DNA of 64,000 bases from Octopus vulgaris (lineage: Eukaryota): assembly GCA_951406725.2 (NCBI GenBank), contig OX597834.1, positions 25,358,001 to 25,422,000 of the forward strand. The letters run 5' to 3'. Both the position numbers and the translations under genes were made by a program. Below, piece after piece: positions 1-14,085 of this stretch (the stretch's first letter is position 1; each line of letters begins with the position of its first letter). Under the pieces are notes generated by a model, which saw only the letters and a list, made by a program, of their open reading frames with translations, was not told where the DNA came from and made no database searches.

Positions 1-156
1 TTAAAAAGAGTAACGCTTTCCTTCTTTATTGTCTTGTCTGCTGACATTTACGATACTGGGATTTTTCGTTACTTATCTAAACAGATAAATGTGTCTGGAT
101 ACTTGTATGCTTGTATGTGTGCATATATAAAAGTAAATATGAAAGTACAAGTTTGT

Positions 157-229
<73 letters not shown>

Positions 230-346
230 AAACAAACTTTGGAAGCGCCGAATGTTTGGCATTTTATAGACAAGAGAGAAAATTTCGAACGCATTACAAC
301 TGTGAAAACAGCAGAGAAATATTGGGTATTTAGCCTTAGATGATGG

Positions 347-440
347 AAAAAAAAGTTGCACCAGTCGTCTGCGAAGACTTGAACACCGTACCCCTCAGAA
401 ACTGGGTGAGTGCTCTAAAACCATAAAACCAAGCGGCCCA
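347..440 (-). pseudogene. Degenerate tRNA-like sequence / tRNA-derived repeat head
   Basis: Minus strand has an A-box-like TGGTTTTATGG, a CTCA..TGAG stem, a B-box GTTCAAGTC and a T8 run. The cloverleaf is imperfect. Confidence 0.45.
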
Positions 441-540
441 GCCGCCTAGTGGCAACTGCTTCGTCTTTTAAGAATGAATATACAATCTTTCTCTGGTGTT
501 TTCACAGCGACACTGTATTCGCGATTTACTCTTTTGTCAG

Positions 541-685
<145 letters not shown>

Positions 686-694
686 TAGACAGAC

Positions 695-775
<81 letters not shown>

Positions 776-897
776 TAGATATATACATGTATATATACAT
801 ATATTTATCTATATACATGTATACGCACACACACACATATATGTGTGTGTGTGTGTGTGCTTATGGATGTATATATGTACATATGTATGTATATTTA

Positions 898-1515
898 TTT
901 ACAATCAGGGTACAAGATAGTACAACATTGCTGGCAATAAGTGTCAAACGGCTCAAGAACCACAGTAAATCACTTATACACACACTGGTGAATTCAAGCA
1001 AAACGGGTATATAAAAAGCCATCTATCTTGTACCCTGATTACGAATTAATAATTTTACCCTTTTGGTTGTTTTATGCTTCCTAGCCACTTATACTATTAT
1101 TTATTATTTATAATAATATATTTATCTTTATAATTTTATTCACTACGACCATTTTGAAATTGCCTCTGCAATCATATAATCAATACACACATGGTGACGC
1201 GAGTATTTTAGCCCTCGGCAGTAATACTCACAGACGAAGACTAAGTGTTTATAACAGGGTCCTAAATCAAGTGACTCATTTGCGACCCTTTTGCGATTTT
1301 TACTCCCCTTTGGTAAGACGGCTTTCTATATACTCGTTTTCCTCGAATTCACCAGTGTATATGTAAGTGATTTACTGTGGTTCTTGAGCCATTTGACCTC
1401 TATTTCTAGCAATGCTGTGAACTATTTTGTACCCTGATTATAAATTGATAATTTTACATTTTTTGTTATTTAATGCTTGCTAGTCACATATTATTATTTG
1501 TTATTAATAATATCT
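898..1515. repeat. Inverted plus direct repeat module, probable PLE terminal remnant
   Basis: 898-1024 is a diverged inverted copy of 1316-1444. 1023-1130 is a direct copy of 1422-1513. Microsatellites flank the module. Confidence 0.65.
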
Positions 1516-1539
1516 GTATATATATATATATATATATAA

Positions 1540-1735
1540 GGCGGTGTGCTGGCAGAAACGTTAGGGCGAAATGCTTAGCGGTTTTTCGTCTTTCTTTACG
1601 TTCTGAGTTGAAATTCCGCCGAAGTCTACTTTACGCTCCATCCTGTCAGGGTCGATAAATTAAGTACCAGTTGCGTACTGGGGTCGATCTAATCGACTGG
1701 CCCCTCCCCAAAAATTTTGGGTTTGTGCATAGAGA
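1540..1735 (+). mobile_element. tRNA-derived SINE family B (diverged)
   Basis: gctggcagaaacgttag...gagttgaaattccgcc...ggtcgataaattaagtacc, shared with other copies in the window. Confidence 0.8.
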
Positions 1736-1950
1736 ATATATATATGTATATATATATTTATAATAATAAGGGATTTTTGCAACAAGTTGCTTAAACCACA
1801 TACCGAAAATATTAGAAATAACAGCCAAAGGGCTACTATTTCCTTTTACTACGAAAATAGATCTCCACTGACAACAATATTTGTAACTCACATATGGTAG
1901 AAAAAGAAGAAAAGCAATGAAATCACACAGTCTTGGGGTTTAATTATAGA

Positions 1951-1996
1951 CGGACGTTTCTGGATTAGAATCGTAAGGTTCATTTCCTTATCAACA
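1951..1996 (-). ncRNA. Degenerate hammerhead-like motif (U3-A8 type)
   Basis: Minus strand TTGATAA-GGA...TCCA-GAAA-CG-TC. Stem I is weak. It lies in a segment bounded by AT-rich repeats. Confidence 0.35.
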
Positions 1997-2190
1997 TAAT
2001 ATTTCCCATAAATCTAGAAATGCTAGGAAAACTTACATCTTATATTTTCGACCAAGTGACATCGAAAGATACAAAAGTCAACTAGCATATCCACATTTAT
2101 ATAGACAAGTGAATTCGTATTTCCCTCCAGAATCCCACCACGTGAGTCACAAAAATAGTACTGCCGAAAGAAGAATCGTAGTTTTGTCAT

Positions 2191-2269
<79 letters not shown>

Positions 2270-2270
<1 letters not shown>

Positions 2271-2388
2271 CTAATCCAAACAAGAAAACACAGAAAAAAA
2301 CACAGCAACGCGAGGACGTGGAACAATTAAAGTATTATTTGACGCTCAGGAAAGAAGGGAATGAGGGTTTAACGTTTCGAGCAGAGCT
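2270..2388 (-). mobile_element. Short putative PLE 3' terminus with half hammerhead
   Basis: Near-identical to 3327-3415 and to 39205-39300 (opposite strand). It abuts (AT)n, and the minus strand has GCTC-GAAA-CGTT. Confidence 0.55.
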
Positions 2389-2528
2389 AGATCCAACCAA
2401 CTATGGGATAATATTTATCCAATATACTGTTGGTATAATACCCAAATTCTTAATACAAAAATGTTAATGCAATTAACTTATTTATTGTATTAAACGGGTG
2501 AAGGTAAAGAAATATTTTACCATTAATT

Positions 2529-2750
2529 TATAATGCAAATAGGAAAATGGAGAAACAATTGAGTTGGTTCATCAGCTTTCGGATATTAGGATGTTGAATT
2601 ATTTATTCATTTAACAAAAATGAGAATCTTAATAGCGTATATATGTATGCTATTAAGGTTTTCATTTTTGTTAGATGAATAAATAATTCAACATCCTAAT
2701 ATCCGAAAGTTGCTGAACCTACTAAATTGTTTCTTCATTTTCTTATTTGC

Positions 2751-2756
<6 letters not shown>
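2529..2756. repeat. ~228 bp imperfect palindrome
   Basis: Arms of ~110 bp are reverse complements around a central tatatatg at ~2642. Confidence 0.85.
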
Positions 2757-2792
<36 letters not shown>

Positions 2793-2928
2793 TATATTTA
2801 TATACACACACTAACGCTCACATACCTATACATACAAATAAAGCTTAAAGGAAAAAATGAAAAGACATACTGTTTGATATCACTTAAAAAAGACATTTAA
2901 TTTGAATAGAGAATATAGATATACAGGG

Positions 2929-3017
2929 TCTCTTAGAACTGTTTCTAGAATAGACGAACGCTTGGATCATCTTATTGAGTAAGGATTCCATAGGCTGAAT
3001 ACTCTATCGCCAGAGAG
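2929..3017 (-). ncRNA. Degenerate hammerhead-like motif with long stem II
   Basis: Minus strand CTCT-CTGGCGA-TAGAGTA...TATTCTA-GAAACAG..TA-AGAG. Core A6 is mutated. Confidence 0.35.
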
Positions 3018-3187
3018 GGAGAATCCAGAAACGTGTAAAAGTGAGGGAAAGTCCACAATCGATGATATTAGTGTATTCCAGTTTATCAAGTATTGGGGAA
3101 GGATCAAAGTAAAATAGGAAAGTATTAGGTAGATCCATGATCAAAATGAAAAATACAGATATAAGTAACATCCAATATATTCATCCC

Positions 3188-3223
<36 letters not shown>

Positions 3224-3248
3224 TACATATATACATACATATATATAT

Positions 3249-3326
<78 letters not shown>

Positions 3327-3331
<5 letters not shown>

Positions 3332-3415
3332 ATCCAAACAAGAAAACAAAAAGACAACAACGCAAGGACGTGGAACAAATAAAGTATTATTGGACGCTCA
3401 GGAAAGAAGGGAAGA
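3327..3415 (-). mobile_element. Short putative PLE 3' terminus embedded in (AT)n
   Basis: Copy of 2270-2360. Confidence 0.55.
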
Positions 3416-3641
3416 TATATATATATATATATCACCATTCCTATATATATATGTGTGTACATACATATATTTATACACACCTCACGCGTACTCCCAACCA
3501 CACACACACACACACACACACAACCATACATACACACTCACATACACACACAGCAATACGTTGCTTAGCACCCCCATGCTTAATCTCGATTCCCTATAAC
3601 GCTCTTTATCCTCGATACAATATTTTCTACAAGATAAGATA

Positions 3642-4058
3642 GGCGCAGGCGTGGTTGTGTGGTAAGAAGCTTGCTTCCCAACCACGTAGTTCCGGGTTCA
3701 ATCCCACTGCGTAGCACTGTAGGCAAATGTCTTCTACTATAACCTCGGGCCGACCAAAGCCTTGTGAGTGAATTTGGTTAACGGAAACTGAAAGAAGCCC
3801 ATCGTATATATATATATATGTGGGGGGTGTATGTATGTATATTTGAGTCTGTGTCTGTGATTATCCCCCTCAGCATCGCTCGACAACCGGTATTGGTGTG
3901 TTTACGTCCCCGTAACTTAGCGGTTCGTAACTTAGTGGCTCGACACAGATAGAATAAGTACTAGGCTTACAAAGAATAAGTCCTGGGGTCGATTTGTTCG
4001 ACTAAAGGCGGTGCTCCAGTATGGCCGTAGTCAAATTACTGAAACAAGTAAAAAAATA
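3642..4058 (+). mobile_element. tRNA-derived SINE family A
   Basis: A/B boxes (tggttgtgtgg / ggttcaatccc), internal microsatellite, and 3' ggcggtgctccag...gaaacaagtaaaa. Confidence 0.9.
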
Positions 4059-4064
4059 ACACTA

Positions 4065-4140
<76 letters not shown>

Positions 4141-4143
<3 letters not shown>

Positions 4144-4690
4144 ACGATTCTGTGGGACTTTCTAGTACATACAGGCCAAAACATCAAGGCCAATAAACCA
4201 GATATTGTTGTGAAAGACCAAAACAATAAAGTTTGCTTATTGATTGACATGAGCATCCCTTGTGATCATAATATCTCAGCGAAAGAGTTTGACAAGCTCA
4301 GAAAATATAAAGACTTACTCATTGAAATTGAGAAAATGTGGCATCTCAAGGCGGTTACAATACCAGTGATCGTAGGAGCACTAGGAATGATCAAGAAGGG
4401 AACCGAAAATTATATGAGAATGATCCCTGGCTTACCATCCCTGCAAGAAGTGCAAAAGATTGTCTTAACTGGTACATCACACGTATTGAGAAGAGCATTG
4501 TCAATGTGAGAATTATTACTACCCATGTATGTTAATTTAACTTAAAATAATAAATAAATAAATTTAAAAAATGAACGAACTATTGAGTTTAGTTTAATGG
4601 CCTACCAATGTATACTATGAGTTTCTTTGCCCTAGGAGTCGGGAAGACACTCGACAAGAAATGGAAGCAAATTTGAAAGAAGAAAAAAAA
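4141..4690 (+). mobile_element. 3' end of R4/Dong-type non-LTR retrotransposon (restriction-like endonuclease)
   Basis: Frame 4141-4509 reads ILWDF..KPDIVV..CLLIDMSIP..KxxKYKDL..IPVIVGALG. A 3' UTR, A-tail and (TAA)n follow. Confidence 0.85.
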
Positions 4691-5589
4691 AGTAATAATA
4701 ATAATAATAATAATATTAAAATTTTCGAGTGCAACATGTGAGAAACAGGCTCACACACATACATACTCTCATTTACTCTCAAATTTTTCACACAATATTC
4801 TTTACTAATGATGCATTGAAAACGGCTTCCAAATTCAAGAGTTTTAATCTAATGTACAGAGAAAAAGCTTAACTCTGTGGATGTAAAACTGTAAACGCTG
4901 AACCGGTTGTAAACTGGATAGCATTAGTGTATTTGGTTAAGTCATTGTACTTGGTAAAGTTCACCATGATCATAGAAAATGTAGACGAAATAGAAACCTC
5001 TGTTAATAAGCTCATTGTTATCAACAGAAAGAAAAAGCTGACTCGTACAAGGAATAAATAAATTTTTAGAAAAAGTGGAATACAAGCTGGTTATGATATG
5101 ACTAATTTTACCTCATCGGCCGCTGACTTTTGTTTCTTCGTGACATTCTTAAAAATGTATAATTTTTAATCAAATTTCACAGAGATGCGTTTTCAAAGGC
5201 GGAATCATGGATTAAGTTCATGAAATTCAAGAACAAAAAAAAAACAAAAAACATTTTACTCGTAAAGAAACGAAGACCAATACATTTTTCTTCTTTTTTT
5301 TTTTCTTTTTTTCTTTTTTTCTTTTTGCGATTTACTAATTTACTCATGTCGTTCTACTACCACATATAAGAAAAAAGCTTAGACATTGTTCTGGTTAATA
5401 TTCATTCATTATCAACATGAAATTGGAAGAAGCGAAGAAAGAAATTCCCAGATTACGTTCATATATATATACACACACACACACACACACGCACGCACAC
5501 ACACACATATACATACATACAGAGAGAGTATTTATATTTTATATATACATTTATTTACATATGCGTATACATTTATGCATGTGTGTACG

Positions 5590-5623
<34 letters not shown>

Positions 5624-5639
5624 TACATATATACATTTA

Positions 5640-5692
<53 letters not shown>

Positions 5693-6196
5693 GTACATAT
5701 ATACATATACGCATATATATATATACACGTATATTTAATTAGAGGATGTGTAAATCTCATGAAGAAGACGGTTTCAGCCAAGGAAAATACTGGTTCAATA
5801 ACTAGTATTTTGGGGAAATTAATTTCGTTAAAATAATCAGTGTCTATAAAAACATATAGAAGAAAAAGAAGAAACGAAAATGGAAATTAGAAAGTTAATA
5901 ATTGTTTACGGATGTAAGTGAAGATGACCAATTTGCTGTTAATAATAAACAATTAGCTTTCTAATCTCCATTTTATATGTGTGTGTGTGTGTGTGTGTGT
6001 GTGATGTGCGTGTGTGTATTTATGATATATGATATATCATGATATCATATATCATAAATGATATATGATATATTATGATATATGATATATTTCACTCAGG
6101 TATAGCGATACTAGTAACCTGGTGTTAGAATTTAGTATACACCTGTTTCAGAAAAACAGCGTTGGTCGAGTTCGGAGCATAATAAGAAATTATATA

Positions 6197-6380
6197 CAGG
6201 GTGTTCAGACTAAATTTGACAGTTTGCATAAAAGGAAAAGAAAAACACAATATCCAGCCAAAAATAAAGTATTTGAAATATCAAAAATATTAACTAAAAT
6301 ATGGCTGAGAGATGACTGTTTACTAAAAGTATCCGCCTCAGCTTCCACTACGGCCTCAAGGCAGCTCCGAAACCTGTCTA
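6197..6380 (-). mobile_element. Tc1/mariner terminal fragment
   Basis: TA|CAGGGTGT terminus. The minus strand encodes RFRSCLEAVVEAEAD, like a Tc1/maT C-terminus. Confidence 0.55.
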
Positions 6381-6384
6381 CCTT

Positions 6385-7685
6385 CCTTTACAAAGAACTT
6401 CCACACCCTAAAATCAAGTGCAATACCAGTCGAAAGGAATGGGATATTATACACGAACTGAAAAACAATAACAACTTTATAATTAAGGAAGTAGATAAGG
6501 GATGTGCTAGAGTTATGAATATTGAACACTAAAAAAGAGATATACTATCTATATTACAATATATGACCAACTACGAAAAGGTAAATAATCACCAAAAACC
6601 AAAGACAGTGACTAAACTGAACACACTCATTCGCAGACACCAAAAAGGTTTAACAAACAAAGAATGTGACTACCTAATCCATTTTGATTGCAAGACTAGC
6701 TAATTCTACGGTCTCCCAAAAATCCATAAGAATCAAGCTATTAAGAATGCATGTAAAGAACCAACTTCAAATTGCATAAAATACAATATCCCACCGATCT
6801 TAAATTTAGACCAATCGTAGCAGGCCCGACTGTGAAGCATACAGACTCAGCAACATTTTAGCAATATTACTGAAACCTATTTTAAAATACATACCAAGTC
6901 TTGTAAGGGACGATCTGGACTGTTAAACCATCTCCCAAAATCCATAAATAATGATACCACTATTGCATCTTTTCATGTGGTAAAACTCTATACCCCAATC
7001 CCACACCAATATGGACTAGAGGCAATAAATTTCTGGCTCGAGAAATTCCCTTATGAAATACCAGACAAAATTAAAAAACGTTTCATCACTGAAGGATTAA
7101 AGTTTATCCTCGAAAACAACTTTTGTTACTTCGATGGCAATATTTACAAACAAATATCTGGCACTGCGATGGTGACAAAAGTTACTCCGACTTACGCCAA
7201 TCTAGTCATGGCTTACATGGAGGTCTGGATATACGAACAATCAAAATTAAAATATGACTTGAACTACCACAAATGTCTACTAGAAAACTGGAAGCGTTAC
7301 TTAGATGACTGCCTAATCCTATGGACGCACACATTTAAACAACTTATAAATTTTAAAAGCCTGAGCAACAGCATGAACAATAATATAAACTTTACCATGG
7401 AATACAGTAAAACTCAACTACCATTCCTGGATATACTGATCATCAAAACAGATAAAAAATATACATTGAAACAAACATTCACTACAAACAAACAAACAAA
7501 CAGATTCTATACAATAATTACTATTCTTTTCATACCATCTCAAACACGCGAAGAATGATATTCCCTTTCATCTAGTAAGAAGAATCTCCACAATTGTCTC
7601 AAACACTGAAACTCGCAATAAAAGACTCCAGGAACTAAAACAAACACTACTTAAAAGAAACTTATAGACCAGCTTACTGAGAATG
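6385..7685 (+). mobile_element. Degraded PLE RT, related to the 60.6 kb element
   Basis: KEVDKG, FYGLPKIHK, RPIVAG, GTAMVTK, NWKRYLDDC, LPFLD, with several stops and frameshifts. Confidence 0.9.
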
Positions 7686-8784
7686 GACCTCCCTGTTCTG
7701 GCAGCACAGCAGCAACTGTCCTGCAACTGTGAATTGCTTAAAGAAAATGCAGATGATTTGTAATAAATTCTTCGTAAAACCAAATCAAATATGTAAGGAA
7801 GAACCGAGAAAGAACCAAAAGAAGTTATATTTGAACCACCGTTCCAGTTAATACCTCTTCTGTTATATTTCTTAATGTTGTTTTTTGAACAGATTTATTG
7901 ATTATATGGCCTGCAACTGTTTCCCGTCTAAAAAATCTTGAAGTCACAATATTAATTGTATATTCATCGCCATACCCCGCCTGGCAGTCATTGTTTACAC
8001 TGTTGAAGTTCGTCATATCTAATTATAGAAGGAGCCTGCCTGATAAAACTAGATCCCTTCCTCTATCATTTAAAGCAACCAACTATAAGCCTGATAAGAA
8101 GTAGCTGTCATCAGTGACACACGAGTAAATGTATAAGTGACAGGAAAATCTTTAGTTTTCCTTTTCTCGATTATTTTGTATTTAAAGAGACGTTCACATC
8201 ACTTTTTTGTTGTTATTAAGGTACAATGTATTCTATAAATGATTTTATTTGTCCATTGTCTTATTTAAAAGCCTCGGTATTTATTATTTTTATGGAGCTT
8301 GCAAACTACAATGGTATTTATAAATTGTTAGTTTTCTATTGTCTTTTTTAAACCATTGACATTAAGAATTGTTTAAACATTCCACAATTCTTCCATTTAT
8401 ATCGATTTCTGTTATATTTCTGTTAATAATAAAACAATAAACACACACAACAAACAAACAGATTATTTTCTATCCTTTTTATTTCCTTGAAATAAGATCT
8501 ATTATCATTTTTATTCATTTTTTGTGATTTATTCTAAAGAAAACATCTCTTTCTTGAAGTTGTCCCTTTCAAACAATTCTAAAGTTACTGGTTGGCTAAA
8601 AAGACTTCAAGAATGTTTTCAAGCATTTTTCTCCTAAATTTCTTTCTAATAATATTATTGTTGCTGTTGTTGTTGTTGATGATGATGATTTTGTTGTAAA
8701 ATAGCATTATAATCGACTTCCCCACTTCCTGTAAATTGCTGGCCTCGTACCAAAATTTGAAATCATTATTACTATTATTATTAA

Positions 8785-9235
8785 AGCGGCGAGCAGGCAG
8801 AATTGTTACCACACTGGACAACATACTTAGCAGTATTTTTTCGTATAGAGTTCAAATTCCGCCGAGGTCGACTTTGTTTTTCATCTTTCGGGGTCGATAA
8901 AATGAAAGAATCGGTGGAGCACTCCCTAAAATAGTTGGTCTTGTGTCATAATTAGAAACCATTATTATAGTTGTTGATGTAAAGTACAAATATCATTAAC
9001 ATGGTATAATTATTATTGCATTAATATTATTGATTAATACTTTTAGGTGGCAAGCTGACAAAATAGTGGCATTTTTCTGGCTCTTCAGGTTCTGAGTTCA
9101 AATTCCACCAGGGGCGACTTTGCCTTTCAGCTTTTCGGAATCAATAAAATACGCACTAGTTGGGCACTGGAGACGGGGTAATCAACGAGATCCCTTCCTC
9201 TAAAATTCCAGGCTTTGTGCTTATAAGAGAAAGAG
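8785..9235 (+). mobile_element. Two diverged SINE-B copies (8785-8960, 9046-9235)
   Basis: gagttcaaattcc..cgacttt..tttca motif in both. Confidence 0.7.
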
Positions 9236-9460
9236 TTATTATTGTTGTTAATGCTCTTGTACTTGTTTCAAGCATTTGACTGCGGCCATGCTGGAGCACC
9301 GCCTTTAGTCGACCAAATCGACCCCAGGACTTATTCTTTGTAAGCCTAGTACTTATTCTATTGGTCTCTTTTGCCGAACCGCTAAGTTATGGGGACGTAA
9401 ACACACCAGCATGTCAAGCGATGTTGGGGGACAAACACAGACACACAAACATATACACAC

Positions 9461-9529
<69 letters not shown>

Positions 9530-9535
<6 letters not shown>

Positions 9536-10350
9536 TATTAGAGACAAAACCACTATTTTGCAAAACAAACAAGGAAAGACTTAATCAATACATAAAATTT
9601 TAATAAATAGTCAAAAAAACCGCCACTACAATTGTTTCTTGTCTTGATCGACAATCTTCAGGTGGACTTCCAATCTAAAATATCAATATTTTAAAATATA
9701 AAATAATAATTTTAAAATAATTAAAGTATGAATGAAAAAATATAAATATATAATCCATATATAACCTATATATAATCCATATATAATCAATATATAAACA
9801 ATATATAAACTAAAATAAACCTATCAACAATTAAATATAAAATATAAAATATAAAATATAAAATATAAAACAAAACAAAAAAATAATAATAATATAATAA
9901 TAAACTATATATACACCCATACACATATACCTAATTATATATAACCATATCTAACTACATACACTAAATCACACACCTATAAATATATCCCTATACATAC
10001 ACATAAAAACGTCTAGGCAACTATAAATAAATAAAATAGCTAAATACTTCAACACAATACTAATTCATACTCCCACACACATACACATACAACCCACATT
10101 CACGCTCTAGAAAACGGACATCACTTAAAATTATGAACGGAGAAATGGAATAAATGGAATTAAAAATTATATTCACTTGGTAAAACGAACACTACTTAAA
10201 AATTATGAATGAAACAATGCAATAAAACAACAGACATCGCAAATAGACACAAATTACTACGAATTCCTCAACAAACCTACCATGATAAACCAAAACTCAT
10301 AAAAACATATAATGATAAAATCTCCCTTTACTAAACTCTATAACATACCT
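9530..10350 (-). mobile_element. Non-coding PLE terminal remnant inserted in the internal (AT)n of a SINE
   Basis: Carries a hammerhead, abuts (AT)n, and separates the two halves of a SINE-A copy. Confidence 0.6.
9623..9665 (-). ncRNA. Canonical minimal type I hammerhead ribozyme (PLE-associated)
   Basis: Minus strand CCAC-CTGAAGA-TTGTC.GATCAA.GACAA-GAAA-CAATTG-TA-GTGG: intact core, perfect stems I and II, palindromic stem III. Confidence 0.8.
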
Positions 10351-11256
10351 ATATATATACATGACGGGCTTCTTTCAGTTTCCCTCTACCAAATCCACTC
10401 ACAAGGGTTTGGAAGGCCCGAAGCTATAGTAGAAGACACTTGCCCAAGGTGCCACACAGTGGGACTGAACCCGGAACCATGTGGTTTGTAAACAAGCTAC
10501 TTACCACACAGCCACTCCTAAGCTGTAAAAAAATATTTTTATAAAATAAGAATATTTTAAAAATCTAGAATTTGCGACTCAAACAATCCCTGAGACAGCT
10601 GAATGGATTTGTTTCAGATTATACGGTGCAGGCTAGCAGAAAGTTTTTGCCTACCCAGATAGTGAGTACCTCCCCCGTTACCCTCTCATTATCATTCAGA
10701 TCGGGTCTTTTCTTTTCTTCTCTTACAAAATCTTCCAAACGCAGAGACAGTCATCACGCAACAGATATTTACTTCGCTCGACAAGTTTCAGTTTCATGAC
10801 AAAGCTGAAAATGTCGACACCTCAGATGGTGAAGCCAGAAGATGAAGTTGATGAATTCGATAAAGTTGTTGCTAAAACATTGTGTAAGTCGATTATCTAC
10901 GAAGGTGAGCGGAAACTTCCGAAGTTAGCTTCTATTCATTCGAAAAGATTGCTTTAAAAAAAGTCAAACAGCTTGCCGTTAGCATTTTAGATAATGTTTC
11001 AACTTAGTGTTGTGTCTATTGAACTAAAAATATGAACAGAATTTACAATCAAATCGAAACGTTTATTGATTTAGCAAAGGTGTTTATGGAGTCTTGCAAA
11101 AATAACTCGAGGAAATTATCTATCTATGGCACCTCTTCCTCACATACACACACACGCACACATACACACACACATACACACATACACGCACACACACACA
11201 TCCACATATAAATGCATAAATATATATATGCATGTATATATATATGTAGAAATGTA

Positions 11257-11299
<43 letters not shown>

Positions 11300-11530
11300 A
11301 TGTAAGTATATATTTATGTATATATATATGTGTGTGTAAGTATATATTTATGCATATATATATATGCATGTGTGTTTGTATATGTGTATATATATATATG
11401 TATGGATGAGTATATATGTATATATATATATGTATGGATGAGTATATATGTATATATATATATACACACATACATATGAATATACATATATACATACATA
11501 TACATACAACAGCACACATACGTGTATATG

Positions 11531-11595
<65 letters not shown>

Positions 11596-12086
11596 TATAA
11601 CCGCATACTATTCAACATACAACTATTTCTGCACCTATAACTTGCATAACAGAAATAAGTCTAGACTCAAGCGACTTGAAATTTGCGGGAAGCCGATTAA
11701 AAGTCAGTAGTAGATATTTATTTCGGGAAGATCATGAAAAGTAAAGTCGACCAAGGCGAGAATCGAACAGAGAATGTATCAGTTCTGGCGTCTATCGCTT
11801 CTGATACCTCTCAGTTCTTAATGTTCCCATTTATATAGGAAATGGAAAAAGCAGACGACAGCTTGGAAGATTGAAGCGCCATTACTAGTTGTTTTGTTCC
11901 CAAGATGAAATATCGTCTGTCATTCGATGACGGCAACAAGTGGTAGATGAAGCTAGCATTCTCGTGTCGTTAATATATGGTTTCTCTAACCGAATATCGA
12001 TCTTCTGGCATTGCTTTCGATATCTTCTAGACTTTTCTTCACTTCTCTCTTCTTCCTCTCTCACTCTTTACCTCTCTGCTCCTTTC

Positions 12087-12142
<56 letters not shown>

Positions 12143-12237
12143 TCTTTCTCCTTTTTCTTTCTCATATACACAATCGTATACATGCGTCGTATCCGCTCAT
12201 GTACATACACATATCTAACATTGCACACACATGTACA

Positions 12238-12274
<37 letters not shown>

Positions 12275-12350
12275 TCATACATACACATATATATGTGTGT
12301 GTGTGTGCACATGCGCACAGACATATATATATATACATATATATATATAT

Positions 12351-12429
<79 letters not shown>

Positions 12430-12521
12430 ATAGGTGTCCCATGTGAAAAACATTATTCTAATGTTTAAAAGCAACTTTACTGACGTAAAATCTGGCATAT
12501 ACATACACACGTAAGTGTGAG

Positions 12522-12662
<141 letters not shown>

Positions 12663-12761
12663 TAGCATACCTGTATGTATATTTACATATATATAACTAT
12701 ACAGGCACACACATACACATATACACGCTCTCACACACACATATGTATGTATATATGTATG

Positions 12762-12798
<37 letters not shown>

Positions 12799-13980
12799 AT
12801 ATATATATATATCAAAAAGGCATGCATACACATGTAACGTATCGTAAATTCCACCATCACCAACACTACCATCAGAACCATCCCGCACACCATCCTCTCC
12901 ATCAACACTGCCCCCACCACTATCAATCGCTTCAATCAATGCCCTGTCAACCATCAACTGTATTGTCGTCTGCAGTGTTTGAAATATCGGCTTTTCTTAC
13001 ACACTCACCATATTCTATATACACCCTCTCTTTCTCTTTCTCTCTCTCTCCCTCTTTCTCTCTCTCTCTCATTTTCTCTCTTTCTCATTTTCTCTCTCCT
13101 TCTTTCTCCCCTCCTTTCTCTCTTTTTCTCTTCCTCATCATTCATCACCACCACCACCACCACCACTACAGTCATGACTACTACAATCACGACGCACAAT
13201 AACACCATTATAACCACCAGTACTACCACCACAACACCAGCAAAAAAACCACAAATATTACCACTACTACCACAACCACTGCCACTACCATGTTAACAAT
13301 GCTACTACAACCAACACTATACCACTACAGCAAAACATTACCACTGTAACCAATACCACCGTACAGACACTACCGCCACCACCACTATAGCCAGCACCCC
13401 TGCAACAAATACCATTACCATAACTTTAGACTCAACATTTCACCACCACTGCAACTACCAACTTAGACTTTTAGAACCACTTATTACAAATGTACAACCA
13501 ATACCACTACAACAACCTCCCAAACTATTATCACGTGAAGAAATGTGAATGGGTGTGTATATGTGAGTGCTTGTGTGCATGTGAATGTACATACATACAT
13601 ACATACATACATACATACATACATACGTGCATTCATGCGTGCATACATACATACATACATACATACATACATACATACATACATGCATGCATACATACAT
13701 ATATACATACATACACCCATACATACATACATACATACATACATACATACATACATACATCCGTACATACATACATACAAGCGTACATATACCCATACAT
13801 ACATACGTACGTATATAGATATATACATATACATACATAGACACACACGCATCCATACTTACATATATAATGTGTATGTATTTGTATGTATGCGTTTGTG
13901 TCAGTGTATATATGACTGAAAATGTATTTGTATACACTATGTTGATGCATGCATATTCCTCTGTGCATATACACGTACAA

Positions 13981-14044
<64 letters not shown>

Positions 14045-14051
14045 ATATATG

Positions 14052-14085
<34 letters not shown>

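Larger units (their letters stand above)
9260..10519 (-). mobile_element. SINE-A split into 3' half (9260-9460) and 5' half (10355-10519)
   Basis: Both halves match SINE-A on the same strand and in the correct order, separated at the internal microsatellite. Confidence 0.8.

Noticed and set aside
6122-6532. 136-aa ORF as a host gene
   Set aside because: Chance fusion of an antisense Tc1/mariner end with a PLE fragment.
7700-8640. Possible further PLE remnants on the minus strand (also 39760-40260)
   Set aside because: Too degraded to support by eye.
10570-11100. Possible Harbinger/MADF-BESS remnant (DEVDEFDKVVAKTL)
   Set aside because: A single short motif with no supporting termini.
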